Shown here: positions 56,023-64,000 of the stretch, in pieces | How the letters are laid out: each line of letters opens with the position of its first letter | How positions within the stretch are numbered: position 1 is the stretch's first letter | DNA from: Bryobacterales bacterium | GTDB taxonomy: Bacteria; Acidobacteriota; Terriglobia; Bryobacterales; Bryobacteraceae | DNA: 64,000 nucleotides | Direction of reading: 5' to 3' | Assembly: GCA_003157745.1 (NCBI GenBank) | Contig: PMKM01000242.1 | Coordinates: forward strand, 67,375 to 131,374 | Position numbers and translations under genes: made by a program | Notes under the pieces: generated by a model | What the model saw: only the letters and a program-made list of their open reading frames with translations | Told to the model about the DNA's origin: nothing | Databases searched by the model: none

Positions 56023-59000
56023 GGATCTCCCCGGAAATCGATCTCGGCCGTTCGCTACGCCAGGTGTTTGGCAACAAGGTGGATTTCACTGCCCAAATCG
56101 AGAATGACTGCGCGCGGCAGTCGGAGACGACAAGCGCTATCCTTCGCCGGTTCGTCGGCGCCAAGGAGTCTGAACGACGCGAGTTGGTGGTCTTGGCCGA
56201 CGAAGTGGGTCTGGGCAAGACCTACGTGGCGTTGGCGGTTGCCGTCTCTATACTGGACGCCATTCGGCGGGGAGAAACGCCGGATGGACTTCCTTCGAAC
56301 AAGCCGGTCGTACTTGTTTTGACTCCGACGAACGATGCCTTGTTCAACAAGTGGATGCGGGAGGCGGAAGCCTTCAAGAAGGATTGCGCCAGAACCGACG
56401 GGGGCTTGGAGTGGCTTCAAATTCGTAGCCCGATCGACAACCGCAGCAAATCCGGCAACGTGATAGACGTTTCTGCGCAAATACGTGATGCCAGTCGCAG
56501 TCACCCAATACTGCTCATTGCCAAACAAGGTGCTCTTGGCGCAGCCCTGCATGAGCGCGACTTGTGGCGCCGCCGCGGCCTAGCGGCCCTATTCGGTCAA
56601 TTTCGTACCTCAATTGAAACTCGTCGATATTGGTGCCGGAAGGGTCGTGTATTCGATAACTTTGGTATCCCTGAACTGAACGAATTGCTTGATCTTCGCA
56701 GTTCGGGGCATTTGTGGGAGGATTCGTTTTCCCCTGACTTGCAGCGAGCCTTTTCTCGCGCACTCCAGGTCAACTCTAACCTCGCCGGTCGCGCGGAGCA
56801 GGCACTGAGCGGCGCCGATGAAGAGAGCCTCTCGGGTGTCCTCGATGACTTGGCCCGTCACGCACTCGTGACTGATTGGCCATTATTCCCGCTAGTTATC
56901 ATCGACGAAATCCATGGACTAAAGAATCAGTACGTCCAGTCCAGACAGCATATTCAGAGACTGTTAACCGGGAGACTCTGCCGTTTGCTTGGCTTGTCAG
57001 CCACACCGTTCCAACTTCGACATGACGAACTCCTAAGCGTATTGAAGCTTCGATCCACCCTGGCGTTACCCAGCGAGCGGTCCGACGTTCTTGACCAAGC
57101 CGAGGCGACTCTCGGCGCCGCCATGAGCGCGGCGCGTGAGTCCGGTGAGATATTCCGTAGAAGATGGATAGGCCTCCGATGTTCCGATCAAGAAGTCGTC
57201 TCCGAAACGTGGAATGCCGTTATGAAAGCAGAGCGATCCGAGCGGCAGACGCGCGCTGCCCAAATCCGTCCGCCACGGGTTGCTCATGCCATCGCTGCGG
57301 CTCTGGATCTCGAACAACGTAATTCTGATCTGCGACGGCATCTGCGGCCCTTCGTTATCCGCCATCAGCATCTTCGCGGCTATCGTGAACACTTCGTTGG
57401 CAATCAAGCGGCACTAGCCGGCAACCATGGAAGCCGGAGCTTTAGCTGGTCTCCCGGAATGGAAGTGTCTGGCAACGATGAACTCGCGCAATATCTTATG
57501 ATGCGGGCCGTCGGACTGGCGAAGGAGGAGCGAGGGTTGCCCGGCCTCGGGGCCGAGCTAACGGGCAGTTACAGGCACCTAGTCGAGACGGCGGCCGTGT
57601 GGAAGAAGCTGGCGCAAGCCAGTAATCCACTGCTTCGAGAGTATCGAAAGATTCTCGAGGAAATGATCGGAAAACGGACGGAATCTCACGATCCTGACGA
57701 CGCACATCGCAAAGTCCAAACGACGGTGCATCGCGCCCTGGAATTCTTCAAGCGAGGTCAGAAGTCGTTGGTGTTTTGCGTCTACACAAAGACGGCCGAG
57801 GCCGTTCGGGACCAGCTTCAGAAGGCGATCGACAATTACCTCGCCGAGATCCGTGATGAGGTTTTTGGGGATGCTGCCGCATTCGACAATTTTCGGCGCC
57901 GTTTCTTTAATCGGCGCGAGGCCCTTTTCTCTCTGATTCAAGACCACCCGCTGCTCGGCGAGCTTCGCGGAGGCCGCGTCGGTGTCCGCTCGCAGGTCGC
58001 CTTGACGGTCGATCATCTCCGGCAGATTGGGGCGTTGATGGTGGACAAAGGGGAGTATGCCTATTCCGACAAGGCCGACCGCCGCCTCCTCATCGCGGCG
58101 ACGGAGCATGTCGCCGTGAAATCGTGGCGAGGTGACCCCGAGGGATTGAGATGGTTACGGGAAGAAGTCCTGCGAAATTGTCCAGAACTTGAAGACAGGA
58201 TGGCCGATCCGCGCTGGTTGGAAGCACGGGAACCGTTGTCAAGAAGTGAACGGGCAGGGCGCGCCAGGCGATTTTCAGATCCCGAGGCGAGCAAAGATTC
58301 CGCAGATCCATTGGAAGCCGAGGAAACCGACGCTCGTGCGGAGACGGGCCGGACCGAAGGCTCGGCAAAGAATGCTGTCGAATCTTGGGTGCGACGACTT
58401 CGTGAGGACGCGATTGGGGAGATCGTCGCTCCGTATTTTCGTCAGGGACTAATCGATGCCTCCGGGAGCCATCAGCCGCTCCTGGTTACGCATCATCAGG
58501 GGGCATTGGCAGAGTTTGATCTGGAGACGCGCGCGGTTGCGGGACAAGTGTTTCGCCGTATTCTCATGGCCGAGGAGTTTCTCCTGCGCTACCTGGCCGA
58601 TGTCGAAAAGGTGCAGACGGAGCGGTGGGCTGGCTACCTGTCGGACCGATACGTCAAGCCTCTCAAGGGCCATCTGGAATCGTTGCGTGATCGCGTTCAT
58701 GCCTATCTGGAGACTCTCGTTCGTGCGAAGAAGAACAACGCTTTGCTGGACGGATACCACAACGGGGCTGAAAACCGCAACGTTGTCCAGCTCGTAAGAG
58801 GTGATACTCAAAACCGAGACCGCTATTTTCTGGGGTTCAACACGCCGTACCGACCGGAGATTCTTGTTTCGACTTCGGTTGGGCAGGAAGGGATCGACCT
58901 GCACCGCGAGTGTCGACACATTATCCATCATGACCTATGTTGGAATCCTGCAACGATTGAGCAACGTACAGGACGGGTTGATCGGATTGGTAGCAAGGTT

Positions 59001-59333
59001 GAGCGTGAGCGCATGGGAGTGCCAGATGGGGAAGGACCAACACTTGAAGTAGCGATTCCCTACTTAGCGGCGACGTACGATGAACGAATGTTCGAGGAAC
59101 TCTATCGACGTGCGCAGCTATTTGAGGCGACGCTTGGAGGAGAAATGCGGGTGGAAGGTCGCATCGACCCGGAGCAGGCCGCTTCCGAACATCGGCAAAG
59201 GGAAATACTGGGAATCGGAACTGAGGACGAGGATATTGGCGAGGAAAACAGCGAAGCGGGGGTTGTCGATCTCCCGGCAGACATGATTGAGCAGCTTCGG
59301 GTTGATCTTTCGGTGTGGAAGGTGCCTGAATGA
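56019..59333 (+). CDS. SNF2-family helicase (1104 aa) with large insertions between the core motifs
   Basis: ATGA overlap with the PLD gene. The core motifs are: I, LADEVGLGKT (56208-56222 region); II, VIIDEIHGLKN (56904-56915); III, LGLSATPFQL; IV, LVFCVYTKT; V, VSTSVGQEGIDL; VI, QRTGRVDRIGS. Confidence 0.85.
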   Translation: MRISPEIDLGRSLRQVFGNKVDFTAQIENDCARQSETTSAILRRFVGAKESERRELVVLADEVGLGKTYVALAVAVSILDAIRRGETPDGLPSNKPVVLVLTPTNDALFNKWMREAEAFKKDCARTDGGLEWLQIRSPIDNRSKSGNVIDVSAQIRDASRSHPILLIAKQGALGAALHERDLWRRRGLAALFGQFRTSIETRRYWCRKGRVFDNFGIPELNELLDLRSSGHLWEDSFSPDLQRAFSRALQVNSNLAGRAEQALSGADEESLSGVLDDLARHALVTDWPLFPLVIIDEIHGLKNQYVQSRQHIQRLLTGRLCRLLGLSATPFQLRHDELLSVLKLRSTLALPSERSDVLDQAEATLGAAMSAARESGEIFRRRWIGLRCSDQEVVSETWNAVMKAERSERQTRAAQIRPPRVAHAIAAALDLEQRNSDLRRHLRPFVIRHQHLRGYREHFVGNQAALAGNHGSRSFSWSPGMEVSGNDELAQYLMMRAVGLAKEERGLPGLGAELTGSYRHLVETAAVWKKLAQASNPLLREYRKILEEMIGKRTESHDPDDAHRKVQTTVHRALEFFKRGQKSLVFCVYTKTAEAVRDQLQKAIDNYLAEIRDEVFGDAAAFDNFRRRFFNRREALFSLIQDHPLLGELRGGRVGVRSQVALTVDHLRQIGALMVDKGEYAYSDKADRRLLIAATEHVAVKSWRGDPEGLRWLREEVLRNCPELEDRMADPRWLEAREPLSRSERAGRARRFSDPEASKDSADPLEAEETDARAETGRTEGSAKNAVESWVRRLREDAIGEIVAPYFRQGLIDASGSHQPLLVTHHQGALAEFDLETRAVAGQVFRRILMAEEFLLRYLADVEKVQTERWAGYLSDRYVKPLKGHLESLRDRVHAYLETLVRAKKNNALLDGYHNGAENRNVVQLVRGDTQNRDRYFLGFNTPYRPEILVSTSVGQEGIDLHRECRHIIHHDLCWNPATIEQRTGRVDRIGSKVERERMGVPDGEGPTLEVAIPYLAATYDERMFEELYRRAQLFEATLGGEMRVEGRIDPEQAASEHRQREILGIGTEDEDIGEENSEAGVVDLPADMIEQLRVDLSVWKVPE

Positions 59334-59427
59334 GCCGGACATTGTCGACTGCCAGCCGGATTTGGGCGGGACATAGTGCAGACCACGAGCCTGGAGCCAG
59401 AGCCCTTACCCCCCTGAACCACTTCCT

Positions 59428-62400
59428 TCATGCGGGGGCGGGCATGCTGCCAACGGTCGCAGAGTTCGATGCCGTTGCTGCGCTGATCTCACGCCACTCG
59501 CGGAGCAGGGGAAAATAGAGTCCGGCACGTATGGGACGCTGTTCCCACTGGGCGAAGAGCCGCCGGTACCGTTCGAGTTGCTCACGGTAGCGCTCGCGCT
59601 CGTTGTCCAAAAACGCGTCGAGTCCGGCGCCTTCGTGGGAGCTCGTCTTGTAGTCGATGATCCAGCGCACGCCGTCCGGATCAACGAAGGTACGGTCGAT
59701 GCGGACGCTGACGGTTTCGCCGTCGAGCACGCCGCAGACGGGCAGTTCGCACGCAGCTTCGTGCACAGCGCCGCCGCCGAGGACCCACCTGCCGCGCTCT
59801 TCCGCGAGTGCCGAGGCCAGGGCCTCGCAGACGCGATTGGCGGCGCCCGCCACGGCGGCCTCAGGCACGCCCAGCGCCGACAATGCCGCGCCGTAGGCCG
59901 GCTTCATGGATTCGACGCGCGCGGCATTCCAACTTTCCAGCCCATCCTCGGCGATGCGCCGCATCATCTGGTGGACTACGGTGCCAGTGTGTCGCAGCGT
60001 GTCGCCCACCCAGCGGAAACTGACGGGCTCGAATGCGTCGGCTTCCCCGGTAGCGTCTCCTGCCGTCGCCACGGCCGCAGGCGGCGCAGGGCGCTGCCAA
60101 GCAAGGGTCAGCCGCTCGATCGTCTTCGGAACTCTCGCCGCAACTTCCACGTCCCCGTCGGCGGGAAATTCCAGGGCGGCCGCGACAGCAGCGAAGTCGG
60201 GCTCGGCCGCGGTCCACATCCGTCGCAGAAGCGACGCGGCATCGGGCGGCTTCGCGGTGACAATCCCATCGCTTATCTTGCATGTGGTGTGGCCCAGCAG
60301 GTGCAACTCGCTGCGCGCCCGGGTGGCCGCCACGTAAAGCATCCGGCCGGCTTCGAACTCCGCTTTGCGGGTGTCGATTCGCTTGAGGTAGTTGTAGGTG
60401 GCGTCCTCACCGGCGCCGGTGGCGGGAAGTGGGGCGAGCAGCAGATCCGGGTCGGCGCCTAAATGGGGACGCTCCTGCCACAGCATCAGCCGCGAGTCCT
60501 CATTACGCGGCTTCCGTCCCAGGCCAGGCAGGATGACGACTTCGAACTCCAGGCCCTTGGCCTGGTGCATGGTCATCACCTGCAGCGACTCGTCGGCGTC
60601 CGCATCGGGATGGGCGTAGAGTCTCTTGATTCCCTGCTCCAATTCGTCAACGTCGATCGCGCCGCCGCGATCAAGGCGTTCCAACAGGTCCAGGAAGGTC
60701 CCTGCGTCGGCGACGGCGCTAACGCCGGCCGCGCACGCCGGACCGCCGAGCCCGAGCCATGCTCCTTCCACCCATTGCCGCAGCGAAGCGCACCGGTGGG
60801 CGAAGGCGGAGTCGAGCACAGCGCGCACGCGCAGCAGATGATCGCGATCATCCGGATCGAGCGTCCGCACCAGGGACTCGTCGTGCACCAAGTCCCACAC
60901 CGCTGCGCCGCGCTTGCCGCCAGCGAGCTTGTGCAGCCCCGCGAGCGTGAGGCCGCACCACGGCGCGCGCAGAATGCCCAGCCACGCGACGCGGTCGGCG
61001 GGATGCAGCAAAGCGCGGGTCAGCGCCATCAGGTCCTGGATTAGCGGAACGCCAGAGAGCTCGTCGATTTCCACCGCACGGAATCGCAATCCCGCCCTGC
61101 CGAGCGCGCGCAGGATAGCGCGGAGATGGGTGCGGGCGCGGACCAGGATCGCCACCGCCTTGGCACCGCGGCCCTGCGCCGCGCGGACCAACTCGACCAC
61201 ATCCGCCGCCTCCCGCGCGTCGTCGCGCCCGACATAGGCATGAAGCGCGACAGCCGGGTTCAGCTTCAGGCCGCACACCGGGTCGGAGCGGCGGAACGGG
61301 ATGGCGCCAGTGGCGATGTCCTCGCCCACCGGCAGCACATCGGGAAACGTGGCGTTGACCCAGGTGACGATGCCTTCGTCGGAGCGGAAATTCGCGGACA
61401 GGCGCAATGGCTCCAGCGTGACGTCGCCGATGCCTTCATGGCAGGCCTTCAGAAATAGGCCCACCATCGCTTCGCGGAAGCGGTAGATGGACTGCATCGG
61501 GTCCCCGACGGCGAATACCGTGCGGCCGTCGCCTGGCTCCCACCCGGCTGTTAGCCGTTCGAGCAGCGTGTGCTGGCTCACCGAGGTGTCCTGGAACTCG
61601 TCCACGAGCAGGTGCCGGATCTGGTAGTCGAGCCTGAGGGCAAGCTCGGTCGGGTCGCCGTCTTCGCCGAGCGCACGCAGTGCGGCGAGAGAAACTTCGG
61701 CGTAATCGGCCACACCCACGCGACGGAACTCCACCTGCAACTCCGCCACTGCCACCGGCAGCACCTGGAGCAGCGCCTCTAACGCGCGCCACTGCGGTTC
61801 ATCGTAGCGGGCCGAGGGCAGGACCCGCAGTTCGGCTAATGCGAGGCGGAACTTTTCCTCCGCGGCCAAGTCGGCCAGCAGCACCACGCAACGATCCTTC
61901 ATCGGCTTGTTGGCCGGCGTAAAGCCCTGGTTCTTGTTGACTGTCCTGCGCCACTCATCTTTGCCGGTGAGCAGCATGTCCGCGATGGCGAGCCACGCGT
62001 CTATGCCGCCGTCGTCCGGAAGCGCGCCGATGCCCGCGCAAGCCGTGCCCGCATTGGCTCCGCCGAAAGCTGCTATCGAGACGATCTCGCCCATCAACGC
62101 CGGTGGCGTGGCCGCGCGTGCGAAAGCGACTCCATCGCGAATGGCGCGGTCGAGAGCGGCCTCCAACTGTGCACGCAGCGCCGCGGGATCTGGCGTTCCT
62201 ATCACGTGGCGCAGCCACTGGTCGCGCCGCTTCAGCATTTCGGCGATGAGTTTTCGCAGCGTCTGGAAATCGTTGTCGAGGTGCATCAGCAGCGCTTCCA
62301 CAGGTGCGCTCCACCGGTCTCCCTCCAGCAGTTCGATGGTGTGGCGCGCGGCCTCGGCGTAGAGGTCGCTCGCGTCCTCGACGATTTCCGGCGGCGCGCC

Positions 62401-62808
62401 GAGCCGCGACACCCACGGCATCTGCCGCGTGATGGACGTCGCGAGCGAGTCGATCGTGCGCACGCGCAGACGGGATGGGTTGCGGAACAGATCCCAGCCG
62501 AACGCTTTGTCGCGGTCGAGCACGGCCCGCGCCAGTTCCCATGTCAAGGCCGCATGATCCGCTTCCGGCCGCGGCCCGACTCCGTCGAGCAGGGCTTTCA
62601 GCATGCGCCGGTGCATCTCGCCGGCGGCTTTGCGCGTGAACGTGATCGCCACCACACTCTCGGGTTGCTCGACGCGTGCCAGCAGTGTGAGGTAGCGTTG
62701 GATCAGCAGTTCGGTCTTGCCGGATCCGGCCGGAGCCTGCACAATGAAGGAACGCTCCGGATCGAGCGCGCGTTTTCTCTGATCGGCATCCGGAATTGTG
62801 GCGGTCAT
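59428..62808 (-). CDS. addA: AddA-type helicase-nuclease (UvrD-like helicase plus a C-terminal PD-(D/E)XK nuclease)
   Basis: QAPAGSGKTELL (Walker A), LLVDEFQDTS, VMTMHQAKGLEF, YVAATRARS and the C-terminal nuclease motif IIDYKTS. The ATG at 62808 forms an ATGA overlap with the addB stop. Confidence 0.85.
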   Translation of the reverse strand: MTATIPDADQRKRALDPERSFIVQAPAGSGKTELLIQRYLTLLARVEQPESVVAITFTRKAAGEMHRRMLKALLDGVGPRPEADHAALTWELARAVLDRDKAFGWDLFRNPSRLRVRTIDSLATSITRQMPWVSRLGAPPEIVEDASDLYAEAARHTIELLEGDRWSAPVEALLMHLDNDFQTLRKLIAEMLKRRDQWLRHVIGTPDPAALRAQLEAALDRAIRDGVAFARAATPPALMGEIVSIAAFGGANAGTACAGIGALPDDGGIDAWLAIADMLLTGKDEWRRTVNKNQGFTPANKPMKDRCVVLLADLAAEEKFRLALAELRVLPSARYDEPQWRALEALLQVLPVAVAELQVEFRRVGVADYAEVSLAALRALGEDGDPTELALRLDYQIRHLLVDEFQDTSVSQHTLLERLTAGWEPGDGRTVFAVGDPMQSIYRFREAMVGLFLKACHEGIGDVTLEPLRLSANFRSDEGIVTWVNATFPDVLPVGEDIATGAIPFRRSDPVCGLKLNPAVALHAYVGRDDAREAADVVELVRAAQGRGAKAVAILVRARTHLRAILRALGRAGLRFRAVEIDELSGVPLIQDLMALTRALLHPADRVAWLGILRAPWCGLTLAGLHKLAGGKRGAAVWDLVHDESLVRTLDPDDRDHLLRVRAVLDSAFAHRCASLRQWVEGAWLGLGGPACAAGVSAVADAGTFLDLLERLDRGGAIDVDELEQGIKRLYAHPDADADESLQVMTMHQAKGLEFEVVILPGLGRKPRNEDSRLMLWQERPHLGADPDLLLAPLPATGAGEDATYNYLKRIDTRKAEFEAGRMLYVAATRARSELHLLGHTTCKISDGIVTAKPPDAASLLRRMWTAAEPDFAAVAAALEFPADGDVEVAARVPKTIERLTLAWQRPAPPAAVATAGDATGEADAFEPVSFRWVGDTLRHTGTVVHQMMRRIAEDGLESWNAARVESMKPAYGAALSALGVPEAAVAGAANRVCEALASALAEERGRWVLGGGAVHEAACELPVCGVLDGETVSVRIDRTFVDPDGVRWIIDYKTSSHEGAGLDAFLDNERERYREQLERYRRLFAQWEQRPIRAGLYFPLLREWREISAATASNSATVGSMPAPA

Positions 62809-64000
62809 TCGGCCCCCTCTTCGTCCTGTTCCTCGTCGCCCGTGGCGCGGCAAAGCACCGGCAGGTGGCAGTAGGTGCAACTCTGGTTCGGATCCTTGGG
62901 ATCGGGCTCGGCGTGCCCGGCGCGGAAATCGCTCGCGAGTTTTTCGAGCACCGTATTCCAGGCCTCCACCTGCGCGGCAAGGTCGGTGGCCTTCGCCCCC
63001 GAGATCGCATCCCCGGTATCCACCCAACCGAGGAACCGCGACTCGCCGGTCCGCAACTGAGCGAACAGAACGCCGGCGAGCGTTCCAGGATAGGTGGCGC
63101 AGTAGAGCGGCAGTTGCGGCTCTTTGGGACGCGCGGAATCCCAATCGCCGATGGTTGCCTTGCCGGTCTTGTAATCGATGATGATGTCGCGGCCATCGGG
63201 CAGCCGGTCGATGCGGTCGATCTTAACCTTGCACGGGATGCCGCCGAGTTCGACCAAGCGCTCGCCTTCCTGTTCCACCAGTTCGAACGGCGGGCGCTGC
63301 CTTTCGATCTCTAGCCATTCGGCGATCACGTTCTCCAGCCGCCGTCGCTCCAAGGCGGCAAAGCGCGACGGCAGCGCGGCGCCACGTTTGGCCTCCAGGG
63401 CAGCGACCGATTCCGCTACTGCCGTACGGATGACGTCCGGGATATCGGTGCGTTCACAGAGCGCCGCCTGCGACTTCACTTCGCGCCACACCCGCTCCAG
63501 CACACCGTGGACGAGCGTCCCGCGCTCCCGCGGCGCCAAGCCCGATTCCGGCTTCTCCATGGCTTCGACGTCGAGGCGCAGTTCGGCGAAGGCGCGGAAG
63601 GGGCACGCGGCCTGGTACTTGAAAACGTTGGCGCCACCGCGCTGGCGGGCGCCTTCGGGCAGCGGCGGAGCGGTTTCGTCCACTAACCGCTCGACCTCGC
63701 GAGACCGCTGCACCACGCTGGTGTAATCCTCGCCCTGCCACAACGCGAGGTCGGCGGCCGTAGCTTTCGATACGCGTAAAATCAGCGGGCTGGGGGCGAG
63801 GTCCCGCTCGCCGTCGCGGACGGGGTAGCTGAGCACGATATCTGCCGCGCTGGCGAGAAGGCGGTCGGTGATCAACATCGCAAAGGTAAGTTCGCGCTCC
63901 GGCGAGCAGCGCGGCAAACCGGCGGCGCGCTGCAGCCCCAGCGGCAGAAACGGGTTCGGTTTCGGCGCCCCCGGCCAAGCTTCGTCGTGCAGGCCGGACA
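62805..64000 (-). CDS. addB: AddB-type nuclease subunit, C-terminal part (5' end beyond the right window edge)
   Basis: The frame is open to position 64000 (checked codon by codon). The nuclease motif is IIIDYKTGK and the Cys cluster is CTYCHLPVLC. It lies directly upstream of addA. Confidence 0.75.
   Translation of the reverse strand, partial: SGLHDEAWPGAPKPNPFLPLGLQRAAGLPRCSPERELTFAMLITDRLLASAADIVLSYPVRDGERDLAPSPLILRVSKATAADLALWQGEDYTSVVQRSREVERLVDETAPPLPEGARQRGGANVFKYQAACPFRAFAELRLDVEAMEKPESGLAPRERGTLVHGVLERVWREVKSQAALCERTDIPDVIRTAVAESVAALEAKRGAALPSRFAALERRRLENVIAEWLEIERQRPPFELVEQEGERLVELGGIPCKVKIDRIDRLPDGRDIIIDYKTGKATIGDWDSARPKEPQLPLYCATYPGTLAGVLFAQLRTGESRFLGWVDTGDAISGAKATDLAAQVEAWNTVLEKLASDFRAGHAEPDPKDPNQSCTYCHLPVLCRATGDEEQDEEGAE

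Overview
This is a high-GC chromosome segment from a Gram-negative organism. CHAT/TPR, carboxypeptidase-regulatory-like and TonB-receptor content suggests an Acidobacteriota-like host, but that is inference only. All calls come from reading the ORF translations and the DNA by eye; no searches or computations were run, start codons are provisional, and GC statements are visual impressions.

**Layout**
- **1-37.4 kb:** the right-hand part of an integrated IncP/Ti-type conjugative element.
  - It carries a MOBP-like relaxase with an RHH accessory gene, a repeat-rich oriT, and traK/traL/traM-like leader genes.
  - It has a complete MPF-T operon, trbB-C-D-E-J-(K-like)-L-F-G-I, followed by xis-int.
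  - It ends at a 46-nt 3' fragment of tRNA-Gly(CCC), which I read as the att junction.
- **Cargo on this element:**
  - an exported CobN-like protein with a TonB-dependent receptor;
  - a lower-GC secreted Vps62-like gene;
  - a RepB-type primase;
  - a signal-peptide TPR-CHAT protease translationally coupled to a PDZ-S41 peptidase;
  - convergent to that pair, an NB-ARC/TPR STAND NTPase with an unassigned N-terminal domain, flanked by a sigma4-like HTH protein and a zinc anti-sigma-like membrane protein.
- **37.4-41 kb:** a decayed second element with a Toprim/VirE primase-helicase, a GTTCCC iteron field, an integrase pseudogene and an ISL3 fragment.
- **41.4-47.8 kb:** a lower-GC glycan-modification cluster with GT2, GT32-like, two proteins carrying GT29-type sialyl motifs, GT8-like genes, a nucleotide-sugar transferase and a sulfotransferase.
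- **48.6-59.3 kb:** a defence-island-like stretch with a frameshifted PIN gene plus a small partner, an orphan ssb, AbiEi/AbiEii, and a three-gene operon (unassigned 445-aa protein, double-HKD PLD protein, SNF2 helicase).
- **Right edge:** the core genes addA and addB (partial).

**Best candidates for an undescribed system**
- the unknown+PLD+SNF2 operon at 52.5-59.3 kb;
- the CHAT-S41 / STAND / anti-sigma-like cluster at 16.5-26.2 kb.
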